NCBI GenBank assembly: GCA_030611765.1
Contig: JAUWPE010000002.1
Coordinates: 1 to 49,055, forward strand
Source: Candidatus Cloacimonadota bacterium
GTDB taxonomy: Bacteria > Cloacimonadota > Cloacimonadia > JGIOTU-2
Direction: 5' to 3'
Length of the DNA: 49,055 nt
Shown here: one piece after another, positions 28,528 to 36,828 of the stretch
How positions within the stretch are numbered: position 1 is the stretch's first letter
Layout: every line of letters starts with the position of its first letter
Notes under the pieces: generated by a model
Told to the model about the DNA's origin: nothing
Databases searched by the model: none
What the model saw: the letters and a program-made list of their open reading frames with translations, nothing else
Program-made: the position numbers and the translations under genes

Positions 28528-28546
28528 ATTGAGACACAATCACAAC
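28528..28546 (-). promoter_or_regulatory. Palindromic operator copy 5 (GTTGTGATTGTGTCTCAAT) with upstream TTGACA
   Basis: Lies 18 nt upstream of fur start 28510. TTGACA at 28565-28560. Confidence 0.55.
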
Positions 28547-28579
28547 TAAAAAATGAGTATGTCAAGAAAAATGTAAAAT

Positions 28580-28609
28580 AAAAAAACCCGAAGTATAAAA
28601 CTCCGGGTT
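28580..28609 (-). terminator. Rho-independent terminator after OMP gene 28632-29537
   Basis: On the minus strand: aacccggag-ttttata-cttcgggtt followed by T7. Confidence 0.6.
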
Positions 28610-28631
28610 AATTAAAATAAATTCTTTTGCT

Positions 28632-29537
28632 TTAAATCGAAAATCCAACACCTGCACGGACTGTTTGATATTTACCAACCGAGTAATCAACCATCACATC
28701 GAGGAGTAATATTTTTACACAAGCGCCGGCAGTAACACGGAAACCGTTATCACCTGTAATGTTGAGATCAATATCATGTGGTGTGCCGCCCTCCCAGGGT
28801 TCCGTATAGGTATATTTTGCTTCGAGTGTGGTGTGCTCGTATCCGATTCCACCATAGAAAGTGAGAGGAAAAACGACAAGTCCTCTACTTGCATGGAGGT
28901 TCACAAAAGCGCTGTTAATAGTGACGTCATCTCCCAGTTTAAATTGCTGATATGTGCCTTGAATGGCAATAGGAACAATCGTTGAAAGCATGGGGATAAG
29001 TTTGCTTACCTGGTATTTAACGCCAGCACCCACAAAGGAGATTTTACCCATATCCTTAATTTCATAAGGAGGAATATAGCGGACTTCAACTTCGAAACCC
29101 CCCGGTAAGCCAAGATGGGCTTGTGGCACAATAAGAAGTACCATACCTACATCGACACCGCGAGGTAGAGATAAATCAGTGACAACCTGTGTATCTTTGG
29201 ATTCGAAAATCGCACCATTATTTCCGAAAACTGTTGCTGTTACTTCATAATCTCCATTATACAGACTATCATTTGGATTATGAATTAAAAATGTTTTATC
29301 GTCATCAGGAACAACTGCAAGCATTGCATTAAAAGTCAGACCAAAGCTCATAGGACTCGTTTTTGCAGTACTGAACCAGCCGGAATTCAAGTCGCTTCCA
29401 AAAGCAGTGACAAATGGCTTCATATACTTCTCACCATTCTCTTTACCAAATTGTTTTAAGTCCTCAATAATATCTCCTTGAGCGAGAGACATTGCACCGA
29501 AAAGGATTATAAAAAAAATCGATACTATCTTCTTCAT
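28632..29537 (-). CDS. Outer-membrane beta-barrel protein, unknown family
   Basis: Signal peptide from M19 (MKKIVSIFFIILFGAMSLAQG) and beta-strand periodicity. Confidence 0.4.
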   Translation of the reverse strand: MKKIVSIFFIILFGAMSLAQGDIIEDLKQFGKENGEKYMKPFVTAFGSDLNSGWFSTAKTSPMSFGLTFNAMLAVVPDDDKTFLIHNPNDSLYNGDYEVTATVFGNNGAIFESKDTQVVTDLSLPRGVDVGMVLLIVPQAHLGLPGGFEVEVRYIPPYEIKDMGKISFVGAGVKYQVSKLIPMLSTIVPIAIQGTYQQFKLGDDVTINSAFVNLHASRGLVVFPLTFYGGIGYEHTTLEAKYTYTEPWEGGTPHDIDLNITGDNGFRVTAGACVKILLLDVMVDYSVGKYQTVRAGVGFSI

Positions 29538-29606
29538 GTGTACCTCCACATTTTTTTTAAAAAAACTTTTTATTTCTATGCAAACTGTCAAGAAAAACAG
29601 TATTTT

Positions 29607-30839
29607 CTATTCGGTGAGCAGCTTACAAAAACGCCGTTTGCCAACTTTTATGACCATGCCGTTTCCCGGTACCAATTCATAATTCATGTCTGAAATTCTA
29701 TTTCCATCAATGGAAACAGCGCCTTGATTGATCATTCTTCTACCTTCGCCATTTGATTGGACAAGTCCTGCATCATTGAGAAGTTGAACGAGCCATATCT
29801 TTTCGGGTTTTACTTTATATTCAGGAATTTCATCAGGGATTTTTTTCTGAGTAAAAACTGTATTGAAATGATTCTCTGCTTTCTGCACAGCTTCTTTGTC
29901 ATGATAAAGCTCAACTATTTTTCGAGCTAACTTCTGCTTGATAAGCTTGGGATTGATCCCTTTATTTAATTCATCTTTGATAGTGGTGATTTCTTGAGGA
30001 GAAGCAAAGGCAGCATATAGGAAATAATTCTCAATTAATTCATCGGGAATGGACATGATCTTTCCGTATTTATCTTCAGGTGGGTCAAATATTGCGATGT
30101 AATTACCGAGACTTTTACTCATCTTCTCGACACCGTCTGTGCCGATAAGAATAGGCATAAGCACTGCAACCTGTTCGGGCATGTTGAAGTAACGTTGCAT
30201 ATCTCTTCCTGCGAGAATATTGAATTTTTGCTCAGTTGCACCAAGTTCGACATCAGCTTTTATTGCAACGGAATCATATGCTTGCAAGATCGGGTACATC
30301 ATTTCATGAAGCCCAAAGGGAAGACCTTCTTCATAGCGTCTGCGGAAAGTATCGTGCGCCATGATCTGCGCCATTGTAAATTTTCCGAGTATTGAAATAA
30401 ATTCAGAAAGTTGCATCGGTCCAAACCACTCACTTTGAAAGCGGACTTCAGTCTTATCCTTATCAAGTACGTAATAGAGCTGTTCCATAAATCTTTCGGA
30501 GTTGCGTTTCACTTCTTCTGAAGAAAGATGTGCTCTGGACTCATTTCTTCCTGTCGGGTCACCGATCTGTGCTGTATAGTCGCCGATCACGATCACACCA
30601 ATATGCCCGAGATCCTGAAATCTTCGCATGATCCGGACAGGAACCATATGCCCGATATGCACGTCAGCAGCAGTCGGGTCGATGCCGTATTTTATTCTAA
30701 GGGGAATATTTGTTTCCTGTGATTTGTTTAATTTTTCAACGAGTTCTTCTTCGGGAATGATCTCTTCCACTCCCTGCTTAATGATTTCCATTTGCTTTTG
30801 TATATCCAAAATTTCTCCCAATAAATGATTTGAATTCAT
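29607..30839 (-). CDS. tyrS: Tyrosine--tRNA ligase (with C-terminal S4-like domain)
   Basis: HIGH motif (DVHIGH), KMSKS motif (KMSKSLGN) and the AQIGDPTGR region. Start set at M17. Confidence 0.9.
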   Translation of the reverse strand: MNSNHLLGEILDIQKQMEIIKQGVEEIIPEEELVEKLNKSQETNIPLRIKYGIDPTAADVHIGHMVPVRIMRRFQDLGHIGVIVIGDYTAQIGDPTGRNESRAHLSSEEVKRNSERFMEQLYYVLDKDKTEVRFQSEWFGPMQLSEFISILGKFTMAQIMAHDTFRRRYEEGLPFGLHEMMYPILQAYDSVAIKADVELGATEQKFNILAGRDMQRYFNMPEQVAVLMPILIGTDGVEKMSKSLGNYIAIFDPPEDKYGKIMSIPDELIENYFLYAAFASPQEITTIKDELNKGINPKLIKQKLARKIVELYHDKEAVQKAENHFNTVFTQKKIPDEIPEYKVKPEKIWLVQLLNDAGLVQSNGEGRRMINQGAVSIDGNRISDMNYELVPGNGMVIKVGKRRFCKLLTE

Positions 30840-30894
30840 AAGGTTTATTCTTGACAACAGATACGCTCGCTTTAAGAGCTGAAACATAAATTAT

Positions 30895-30982
30895 TGGTGC
30901 TGAAGAGGGGACTCGAACCCCTACATCCATAATGGACACTAGGTCCTGAACCTAGCGCGTCTACCACTTCCGCCACTTCAGC
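30895..30982 (-). tRNA. tRNA-Leu (anticodon CAG), CCA encoded
   Basis: Hand fold: acceptor GCTGAAG/CTTCAGC, anticodon stem CTAGG/CCTAG with loop TTCAGGA, long variable arm, T-arm GGGGTTCGAGTCCCC and a 3-prime ACCA. Confidence 0.85.
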
Positions 30983-31074
30983 ACGAGTGAGAAAATTCAG
31001 ATACTCACGTTTGAGCGTCAAGAAAATCACGTTACAAAAATAATGAAGAAAAGATTGATGAAGAGAGATTACGC

Positions 31075-31650
31075 ATGAGCAGAAAAGAAATTGAGAAAAT
31101 ATTAGTTGAATCCGGTGCATTTCTTGAAGGACATTTCAAGCTGACATCCGGCAAGCATAGTAAATATTATATCGAAAAGATAAAACTCATCCAGCAACCC
31201 GAAGATGTAGTAAAGATCGGTAAAGCTTTTGCTATGAAATGTGCTCATCTTGATTTTGATGTCGTGGTAAGTCCCGCACTTGGAGCGATAGTGCTCGGTT
31301 ATGAAGTTGCAAAACAGATGGGCAAACGGTTCGTATTCACTCAAAGAAAAGATGATAAAATGTCAATACGTAGCGGGTTCGATCTGCAGCCGCATGAAAA
31401 AGTACTCATAATCGAAGACGTGACAACTACCGGCGGAAGTGTTTTGGAAGTAATTGATTGCGTAAAAGAGCGGAATGCAGATATTGTCGGAGTAGGACTC
31501 ATCGTGGATAGAAGCGGTGGAACTATCGATTTTGGCGTGCCGGTTTTTCCTTTATTGACATTGAAGATCACAGCGTATGAACCAGATGAGTGCCCTTTGT
31601 GTAAAGAAAACATTCCCATCACAAAACCCGGATCGAGTGATAAAAAATGA
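31075..31650 (+). CDS. pyrE: Orotate phosphoribosyltransferase
   Basis: PRPP-binding loop VLIIEDVTTTGGS. Size and N-terminal FLEGHFKLTSGKHS pattern fit the family. Confidence 0.9.
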   Translation: MSRKEIEKILVESGAFLEGHFKLTSGKHSKYYIEKIKLIQQPEDVVKIGKAFAMKCAHLDFDVVVSPALGAIVLGYEVAKQMGKRFVFTQRKDDKMSIRSGFDLQPHEKVLIIEDVTTTGGSVLEVIDCVKERNADIVGVGLIVDRSGGTIDFGVPVFPLLTLKITAYEPDECPLCKENIPITKPGSSDKK

Positions 31651-31694
31651 TCATAGAGAATCGTTTAGTAAAATATTTTCACCACAGAGAACAT

Positions 31695-31774
31695 CCGTCT
31701 TCATTACATTTCAGTCTTCACTTCGTTACGCCCAGACAGGACGCCGAGACAAGCAGAGCCCACAGAGAGAAGAC
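31695..31774 (+). repeat. Dispersed intergenic repeat, copy A
   Basis: ccgtcttcattacatttcagtcttcacttcgttacgcccagacaggacgccgagacaagcagagcccacagagagaagac. Related copies lie at 34670-34700 (-), 39682-39784 and 42226-42285. Confidence 0.7.
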
Positions 31775-31922
31775 AAATGATTTTTTTATCAAAAATATTA
31801 ACCATATGCTTTTTAACCCGTTTACCCTGTGTAATCTCTTATATCTTTTATTACACATGGGTGAAATTCGCAGGATTTTTAACTGGGTAAGCGTGTGGGA
31901 TAAAACAAGGAGTTTATAAAGT

Positions 31923-33614
31923 ATGAAAATTGTTGAATGTGTTCCGAATTTTAGTGAAGGACGCGATGAAGCGATAATCAAACAGATTACTGACCGGATC
32001 GAGGAAGTTGACGGGGTAGTGCTGCTCGATGTTGACCCAGGCAAGGACACAAACAGAACAGTTGTGACTTTCGTGGGAACTCCCGAAGGCGTTGAGGAAG
32101 CAGCATTCAGAGCGATCAAGAAAGCATCAGAGCTAATTGATATGCGGCAACATTCCGGCGCTCATCCGCGTATGGGAGCTACCGACGTCTGCCCTTTTGT
32201 GCCTGTCGCTGGTGTCACAACCGAGGACTGTATTGAGATATCTAAAACGCTTGGTAAAAGAGTTGGTGAAGAATTAAAAATACCTGTATATCTTTATGAG
32301 CATTCTGCATCTACAATCGAGAGACAGAACCTTGCGAATATACGGCAGGGAGAATTTGAAGGACTGGCAAAGAAACTGGAAGATCCACACTGGAAACCTG
32401 ATTTTGGTCCTGCAAAGATACATGAAAATGCTGGCGCCCTGGTAACCGGCGCGCGTGAATTCCTTATCGCTTACAACATAGATCTGAACACAAGAGATAC
32501 ACAAAAAGCAAAAGAGATTGCGCTTACTATTCGCGAAAAGGGTCGCCGAATGCGTAATGAAAATTATCAACCGGTGACGAATGATGAAGGAAATCTCGTT
32601 GTTATTCCCGGAATTTTTGATAATGTGAAGGCGATCGGCTGGTATATTCCGGAATATGGACAGGCACAAATTTCAATAAATCTTACTAATTACAAAATCG
32701 CACCTCCACATCTTGTGTTTGATAAAGTAAGAGAGATCGCACTTGAAAAGGGTTTGGTCGTGACAGGCAGCGAACTTGTTGGCTTGATCCCTCTTGAAGC
32801 GATGCTGAATGCAGGAAGGTATTTTCTGGAGAAGCAGGGTTCATCTTATGCGGTTTCTGATAAAGAATTGGTTCATACTGCGATTGTTTCTCTTGGACTG
32901 AATGACATCTCCAAGTTCGATCCGGATGAAAAGATAATTGAGTACAAAATCGCAAAACATAACCTCCTTGCTAATCTTACAGTTAAAGACTTTATAGATG
33001 AGCTTGCATCAGATTCACCTGCTCCGGGTGGAGGAAGTGTTGCAGCATTATGCGGAAGTCTGGCTGCAGGTTTGACTGCAATGGTCGGCAATCTCACAAC
33101 TGGAAAGTACAAATTTAAAAATTCTGAAGAAAGAAGTGCTTACCAGGAGAATGAAGCTCGCATGCTCACAATGGCGTGGGAAGCGCAGCAAATGAAGAAA
33201 CAACTGCTCGAAGCGATCGATAAAGATACAGAAGCATTTAATGGTTACATGGCTGCAATGAAACTTCCCAAGAAAAAAGAAGAGGATAAGAAAAAAAGGT
33301 CAATAGCAATTCAAAAAGCGATAAAAAATGCTACTCTGGTTCCATTACACACAATGAAGCTGTGCTGGGAAGTCATCGTACTAACTGAGACTGCTGCAAA
33401 ATATGGAAATCAAAATGCGGTATCCGATGCTGGAGTTTCTGCGATTACAGCACTAACCGGTGTCAAAGGTGCGTATCTTAATGTGCGTATCAATCTACCC
33501 GGAGTGAAAGACGAAGAATTCAAAAAGAATATTCTTGAACAGGCAGAAAATATCCTTAAACAATCGATAGAACTCGCTGAAAAAGTTGAAAAAAACGTTT
33601 TAGAGAAATTATAA
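31923..33614 (+). CDS. ftcD: Bifunctional glutamate formimidoyltransferase / formimidoyltetrahydrofolate cyclodeaminase
   Basis: N-terminal MKIVECVPNFSEGRD and HPRMGATDV are transferase hallmarks. The C-terminal helical cyclodeaminase domain carries SDSPAPGGGSVAA. Confidence 0.9.
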   Translation: MKIVECVPNFSEGRDEAIIKQITDRIEEVDGVVLLDVDPGKDTNRTVVTFVGTPEGVEEAAFRAIKKASELIDMRQHSGAHPRMGATDVCPFVPVAGVTTEDCIEISKTLGKRVGEELKIPVYLYEHSASTIERQNLANIRQGEFEGLAKKLEDPHWKPDFGPAKIHENAGALVTGAREFLIAYNIDLNTRDTQKAKEIALTIREKGRRMRNENYQPVTNDEGNLVVIPGIFDNVKAIGWYIPEYGQAQISINLTNYKIAPPHLVFDKVREIALEKGLVVTGSELVGLIPLEAMLNAGRYFLEKQGSSYAVSDKELVHTAIVSLGLNDISKFDPDEKIIEYKIAKHNLLANLTVKDFIDELASDSPAPGGGSVAALCGSLAAGLTAMVGNLTTGKYKFKNSEERSAYQENEARMLTMAWEAQQMKKQLLEAIDKDTEAFNGYMAAMKLPKKKEEDKKKRSIAIQKAIKNATLVPLHTMKLCWEVIVLTETAAKYGNQNAVSDAGVSAITALTGVKGAYLNVRINLPGVKDEEFKKNILEQAENILKQSIELAEKVEKNVLEKL

Positions 33615-33634
33615 GCTATAACATGAAAAGTTTT

Positions 33635-33674
33635 GATGCGCATGAATGAATGATTTGTGTGCATCTTTTTATTT
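33635..33674 (+). terminator. Probable rho-independent terminator after ftcD
   Basis: gatgcgca ... tgtgcatc stem (one G-U pair) followed by tttttattt. It abuts the nfo start codon. Confidence 0.45.
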
Positions 33675-34517
33675 ATGAAATATATTGGAGTCCATGTCAG
33701 CATAAGCGGAGGAGTGCAGAATGCTCCGCTCAATGCTCATGAAATTGGAGCAAATGCCTTTGCTATGTTCACAAAGAATCAAAGGCAGTGGCACGCAAAA
33801 TCGCTCGAAGATAAGGATATTTCAGCTTTCAAGAAAAATTGTGAAAATTTAGGATTTTCATCAAAGTACATTCTGCCACATGACAGCTACCTGATAAATC
33901 TTGGCCATCCTGAAAAAGATGCCCTTGAAAAATCCCGTGCAGCATTTCTCGATGAAGTAGAACGATGTGAATTATTGGGATTGGACTACCTGAACTTTCA
34001 TCCCGGCAGCACACTGAATAGGATCACCAGTGAAAATTGTATTGACATCATCGCAGAGTCTCTAAGTTTAACAATTGAGAAAACCCACAATCTGACTCTT
34101 GTACTGGAAACAACAGCAGGAATGGGATCGAGCGTGGGAGCTTCTTTCAAAGAACTTGCACATATTATTGAAAAAGTAAAAAATAAATCCAGAATCGGCG
34201 TGTGCATTGACACCTGTCATATATTCGCAGCAGGATACGATATCAGCACAAAAAAGAAATATGAAGAAACCATGAATAGGTTCGAGAAAGAAATTGGTAT
34301 TCAGTATCTCAAAGGTGTTCATCTGAACGATTCAAAGAAAAAATGTGGAAGCAGAATAGACAGGCATGCACCTATCGGCAAAGGTTTCATAGGCATTGGC
34401 GGATTCAGTTATATTATGAATGATGAAAGATTCGATAATAAACCTCTCATTCTGGAAACGCCGGATAGAGAAAACTGGAAAAACGAAATAAAACTTCTCT
34501 ATGACCTTATTGAATAG
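33675..34517 (+). CDS. nfo: Endonuclease IV
   Basis: MKYIGVHVSISGG start, as in characterised Nfo. Also LNFHPGS, CIDTCHIFAAGYD and HLNDSK metal-ligand motifs. Confidence 0.9.
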   Translation: MKYIGVHVSISGGVQNAPLNAHEIGANAFAMFTKNQRQWHAKSLEDKDISAFKKNCENLGFSSKYILPHDSYLINLGHPEKDALEKSRAAFLDEVERCELLGLDYLNFHPGSTLNRITSENCIDIIAESLSLTIEKTHNLTLVLETTAGMGSSVGASFKELAHIIEKVKNKSRIGVCIDTCHIFAAGYDISTKKKYEETMNRFEKEIGIQYLKGVHLNDSKKKCGSRIDRHAPIGKGFIGIGGFSYIMNDERFDNKPLILETPDRENWKNEIKLLYDLIE

Positions 34518-34530
34518 AGAAGGAGGTTCA

Positions 34531-35239
34531 ATGAATAAAAAAATTGCAGTTTTAGGGGCCGGACTTGTCGGTCATGCGATCGTGAAAGATCTGGCAAAAG
34601 ACAAATTAGCCGCAAAATTACACAAAAATTATTTTTGTTACTTTTTATATTAATAGATAATATTTTTTTCGCCTGCCACGGCGTAACGTAGTGAAGACTG
34701 GTATTTTCGTGGCTCATCTATGATTCCTTACAGACGGACTTCGCACACTGCTGAAAACGACACATATTCCCTTTATGAAAGAAAAAACCTTGCGATATCA
34801 GGGACATGCCCAGACCATGCAGATGCTGCGGGACAATAATTTCTTAAGCTATAAAGAAATCGATGTGAACGGGAAAAAGATCAAGCCGATAGAACTGACA
34901 TCTAAACTCCTTTTCAAGAACTGGCAGTTTGATGAAGGAGAAGAGGATATTACGTTTTTGAGAGTCATCATAGATGGTAAAAAACACGATTCGAATTATT
35001 CATTTATCTATGATCTGCTTGATTCTTATGATAAAAAAACAGGCACTTCATCCATGGCGAGAACGACCGGCTATACCTGCACAGCAGTTGCAAGATTACT
35101 TCTGAAGGGAAAAATAATCCAAAAAGGTATCTGCCCTCCGGAATATATAGGTATGGATGAAAATAATTACAACTTTATAATTGATGAATTGGTAAAAAGA
35201 AATATCATTTTACACGAAGTGGTGAAAGAGATTGTATAG
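34531..35239 (+). pseudogene. Saccharopine-dehydrogenase-family gene with internal deletion
   Basis: The N-terminal Rossmann start MNKKIAVLGAGLVGHAIVKDLAKD (34531 onward) stops at 34653. The C-terminal domain ORF 34775-35239 contains SSMARTTGYTCTAVARLLLKG. The middle of the gene is missing and the junction carries a repeat copy (34670-34700). Confidence 0.6.
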
Positions 35240-35248
35240 GAGGTCAAA

Positions 35249-35467
35249 ATGACTGCATTTAATGTTTTGTTATTAGTTTTCGGTATCGTACTTTTATTGT
35301 ATTGTTTCTATGCTGTCACCGCAGGTAGGTTACGCATAAAGCACCCAAGAGAGTGGAAAGAAAATCCCAAAGAATTCAAAAGAGAGAAATTGCCGTTTAT
35401 TTACTATTTCATGATCCTGGTATGTTTTATCATCGGTATGGCTTTGATAGTGATAGCACTATTATAG
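35249..35467 (+). CDS. Small 2-TM membrane protein, unknown function
   Basis: 72 aa with two hydrophobic helices. GGAGG lies upstream of the ATG. Confidence 0.35.
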   Translation: MTAFNVLLLVFGIVLLLYCFYAVTAGRLRIKHPREWKENPKEFKREKLPFIYYFMILVCFIIGMALIVIALL

Positions 35468-35683
35468 GAAGATACAAACATGAAAGATAAGATTTTACTT
35501 GGTTTGAAGTTACGTAAGATTCAACTCGCTGAATTGAAGGTTGTAAAATTGTGACTTGAATGTTACTAATTGAGAAAACAGTTGACATTAATCTCAGGGT
35601 CGCAAAAACTCGCATCGCAAAACAGTGAGTTGGCTGGGTTGTTAAATAGCGAGTCGTAAAACAACGACCTGAAAAGAGGTTTG

Positions 35684-36814
35684 ATGGAAAATCCTTTTAA
35701 ATACGGAGAAGTCGTTTCGGGAGAAAATTTCTGTAACAGGAAAAAAGAATTAAAAGAAATCAATAGAGCAATTGTCAACGGATATTCTTTTTGGATGTAT
35801 TCTCCTCGCAGGTTCGGTAAATCATCATTGATTTTGAAAGCGTTTGATGGGCTAGATGACAAGAATATTATTACGATCTATTTCGATATGTATAAGCTCG
35901 AAACATTGGATGATTTTGCCAGAGAATATTCTGCTTTATTGGCAAAAGAGCTTTTCGATTGGAAAATTGGGATTAAGAAATTAACCCAGAAAATCGGAAA
36001 ATTATTTCACAATCTTTATCCAAAAATTTCATTTGATTCTTATGGAAATCCGTCAGTCTCTCTCGAAATTCAGAAAATCGAAGATCATACCGATATTGAA
36101 ACTATTTTAAATATTCCTGATAAAATTGCTGAAAAAAACGATATTAAAATATGTATTGCTTTTGACGAATTTCAAGAAATTCAAAGAATAAAACCTTTTT
36201 TAATTAATTGGATGCGTTCTCTTTTCCAATTTCATAAGAAAGTGTCTTACATTTTTTTGGGAAGCAAACAATCTCTTATGGAATATATTTTTACGGATAT
36301 GAATTCTCCATTTTATGAGTTTGGTTTCAAAATGCCAATTAATCCGATTTCAAATGATGATCTTACATCTTTTATAAAAAAACAGTTTAGGAAAACAAAA
36401 TTGAATATTTGTAATGAAACTATATCTGATATTTTGAACAGATCAAGGAGTCATCCTCATTTCACACAATATTTTGCGGCTGTGGTCTGGGAAATGATTT
36501 TGGAAGGATTTGATGACAAAAACCCTGATTTTAATACATTGTGGATGAAAAGAATCATCGATAGCCAGTCCTTTATTTTCCAGAATATTTATGACCAATT
36601 AAATTTAAATCAAAGAAAAACTCTAATTGCGATCTCAAATCTAAAAGATGAAAAACTGTTTTCAGGTGAATATCGGAAAAGATTTGATTTGCCTGAAACA
36701 TCTTCATTAACATCTACAATAAACAGTTTAATAAAAAAGAATTTGATCCAAAAAGTTAGTGGGGGTTATGAGATTATTAATCCTGTTTTTGAGGAATGGA
36801 TTAGGAATTTGTGA
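35684..36814 (+). CDS. P-loop NTPase of the AAA+/ATPase_2 (PF01637-like) type with winged-helix-like C-terminus
   Basis: Walker A SPRRFGKS (35801-35824) and Walker B ICIAFDEFQE (DE at 36164-36169). The N-terminal NPFKYGEVVSGENFCNRKKEL is typical of this family. AGAGG precedes the ATG. The track start 35681 is a TTG one codon earlier. Confidence 0.75.
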   Translation: MENPFKYGEVVSGENFCNRKKELKEINRAIVNGYSFWMYSPRRFGKSSLILKAFDGLDDKNIITIYFDMYKLETLDDFAREYSALLAKELFDWKIGIKKLTQKIGKLFHNLYPKISFDSYGNPSVSLEIQKIEDHTDIETILNIPDKIAEKNDIKICIAFDEFQEIQRIKPFLINWMRSLFQFHKKVSYIFLGSKQSLMEYIFTDMNSPFYEFGFKMPINPISNDDLTSFIKKQFRKTKLNICNETISDILNRSRSHPHFTQYFAAVVWEMILEGFDDKNPDFNTLWMKRIIDSQSFIFQNIYDQLNLNQRKTLIAISNLKDEKLFSGEYRKRFDLPETSSLTSTINSLIKKNLIQKVSGGYEIINPVFEEWIRNL

Positions 36815-36828
36815 TTTAAGGTAAAATT

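Noticed and set aside
28511-28580. Classical Fur box (GATAATGATAATCATTATC) upstream of fur-feoAB
   Set aside because: No convincing match was found. The conserved element there is the TTGAGA-n5-TCTCAA-type palindrome reported as a finding.
30840-30894. T-box or other leader upstream of tyrS
   Set aside because: Only 55 nt separate tyrS from the tRNA-Leu gene, which is too short for a T-box. I saw no specifier or antiterminator structure.
30872-31120. ORF of 82 aa overlapping the tRNA-Leu gene
   Set aside because: It reads straight through the tRNA and the pyrE promoter region and is better explained by those features.
31577-32119. ORFs 31577-31780, 31647-31919 and 31718-32119
   Set aside because: They are translations of the dispersed repeat and of the antisense strand of the ftcD start. 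They have no coding signal.
35480-35554. 24-codon mini-ORF MKDKILLGLKLRKIQLAELKVVKL with an AGGAAG upstream, just before the NTPase gene
   Set aside because: It faintly resembles the start of an XRE-type HTH protein. It is too short to support as a gene and may be a remnant or chance ORF. I kept it only as a note for anyone studying the cassette.
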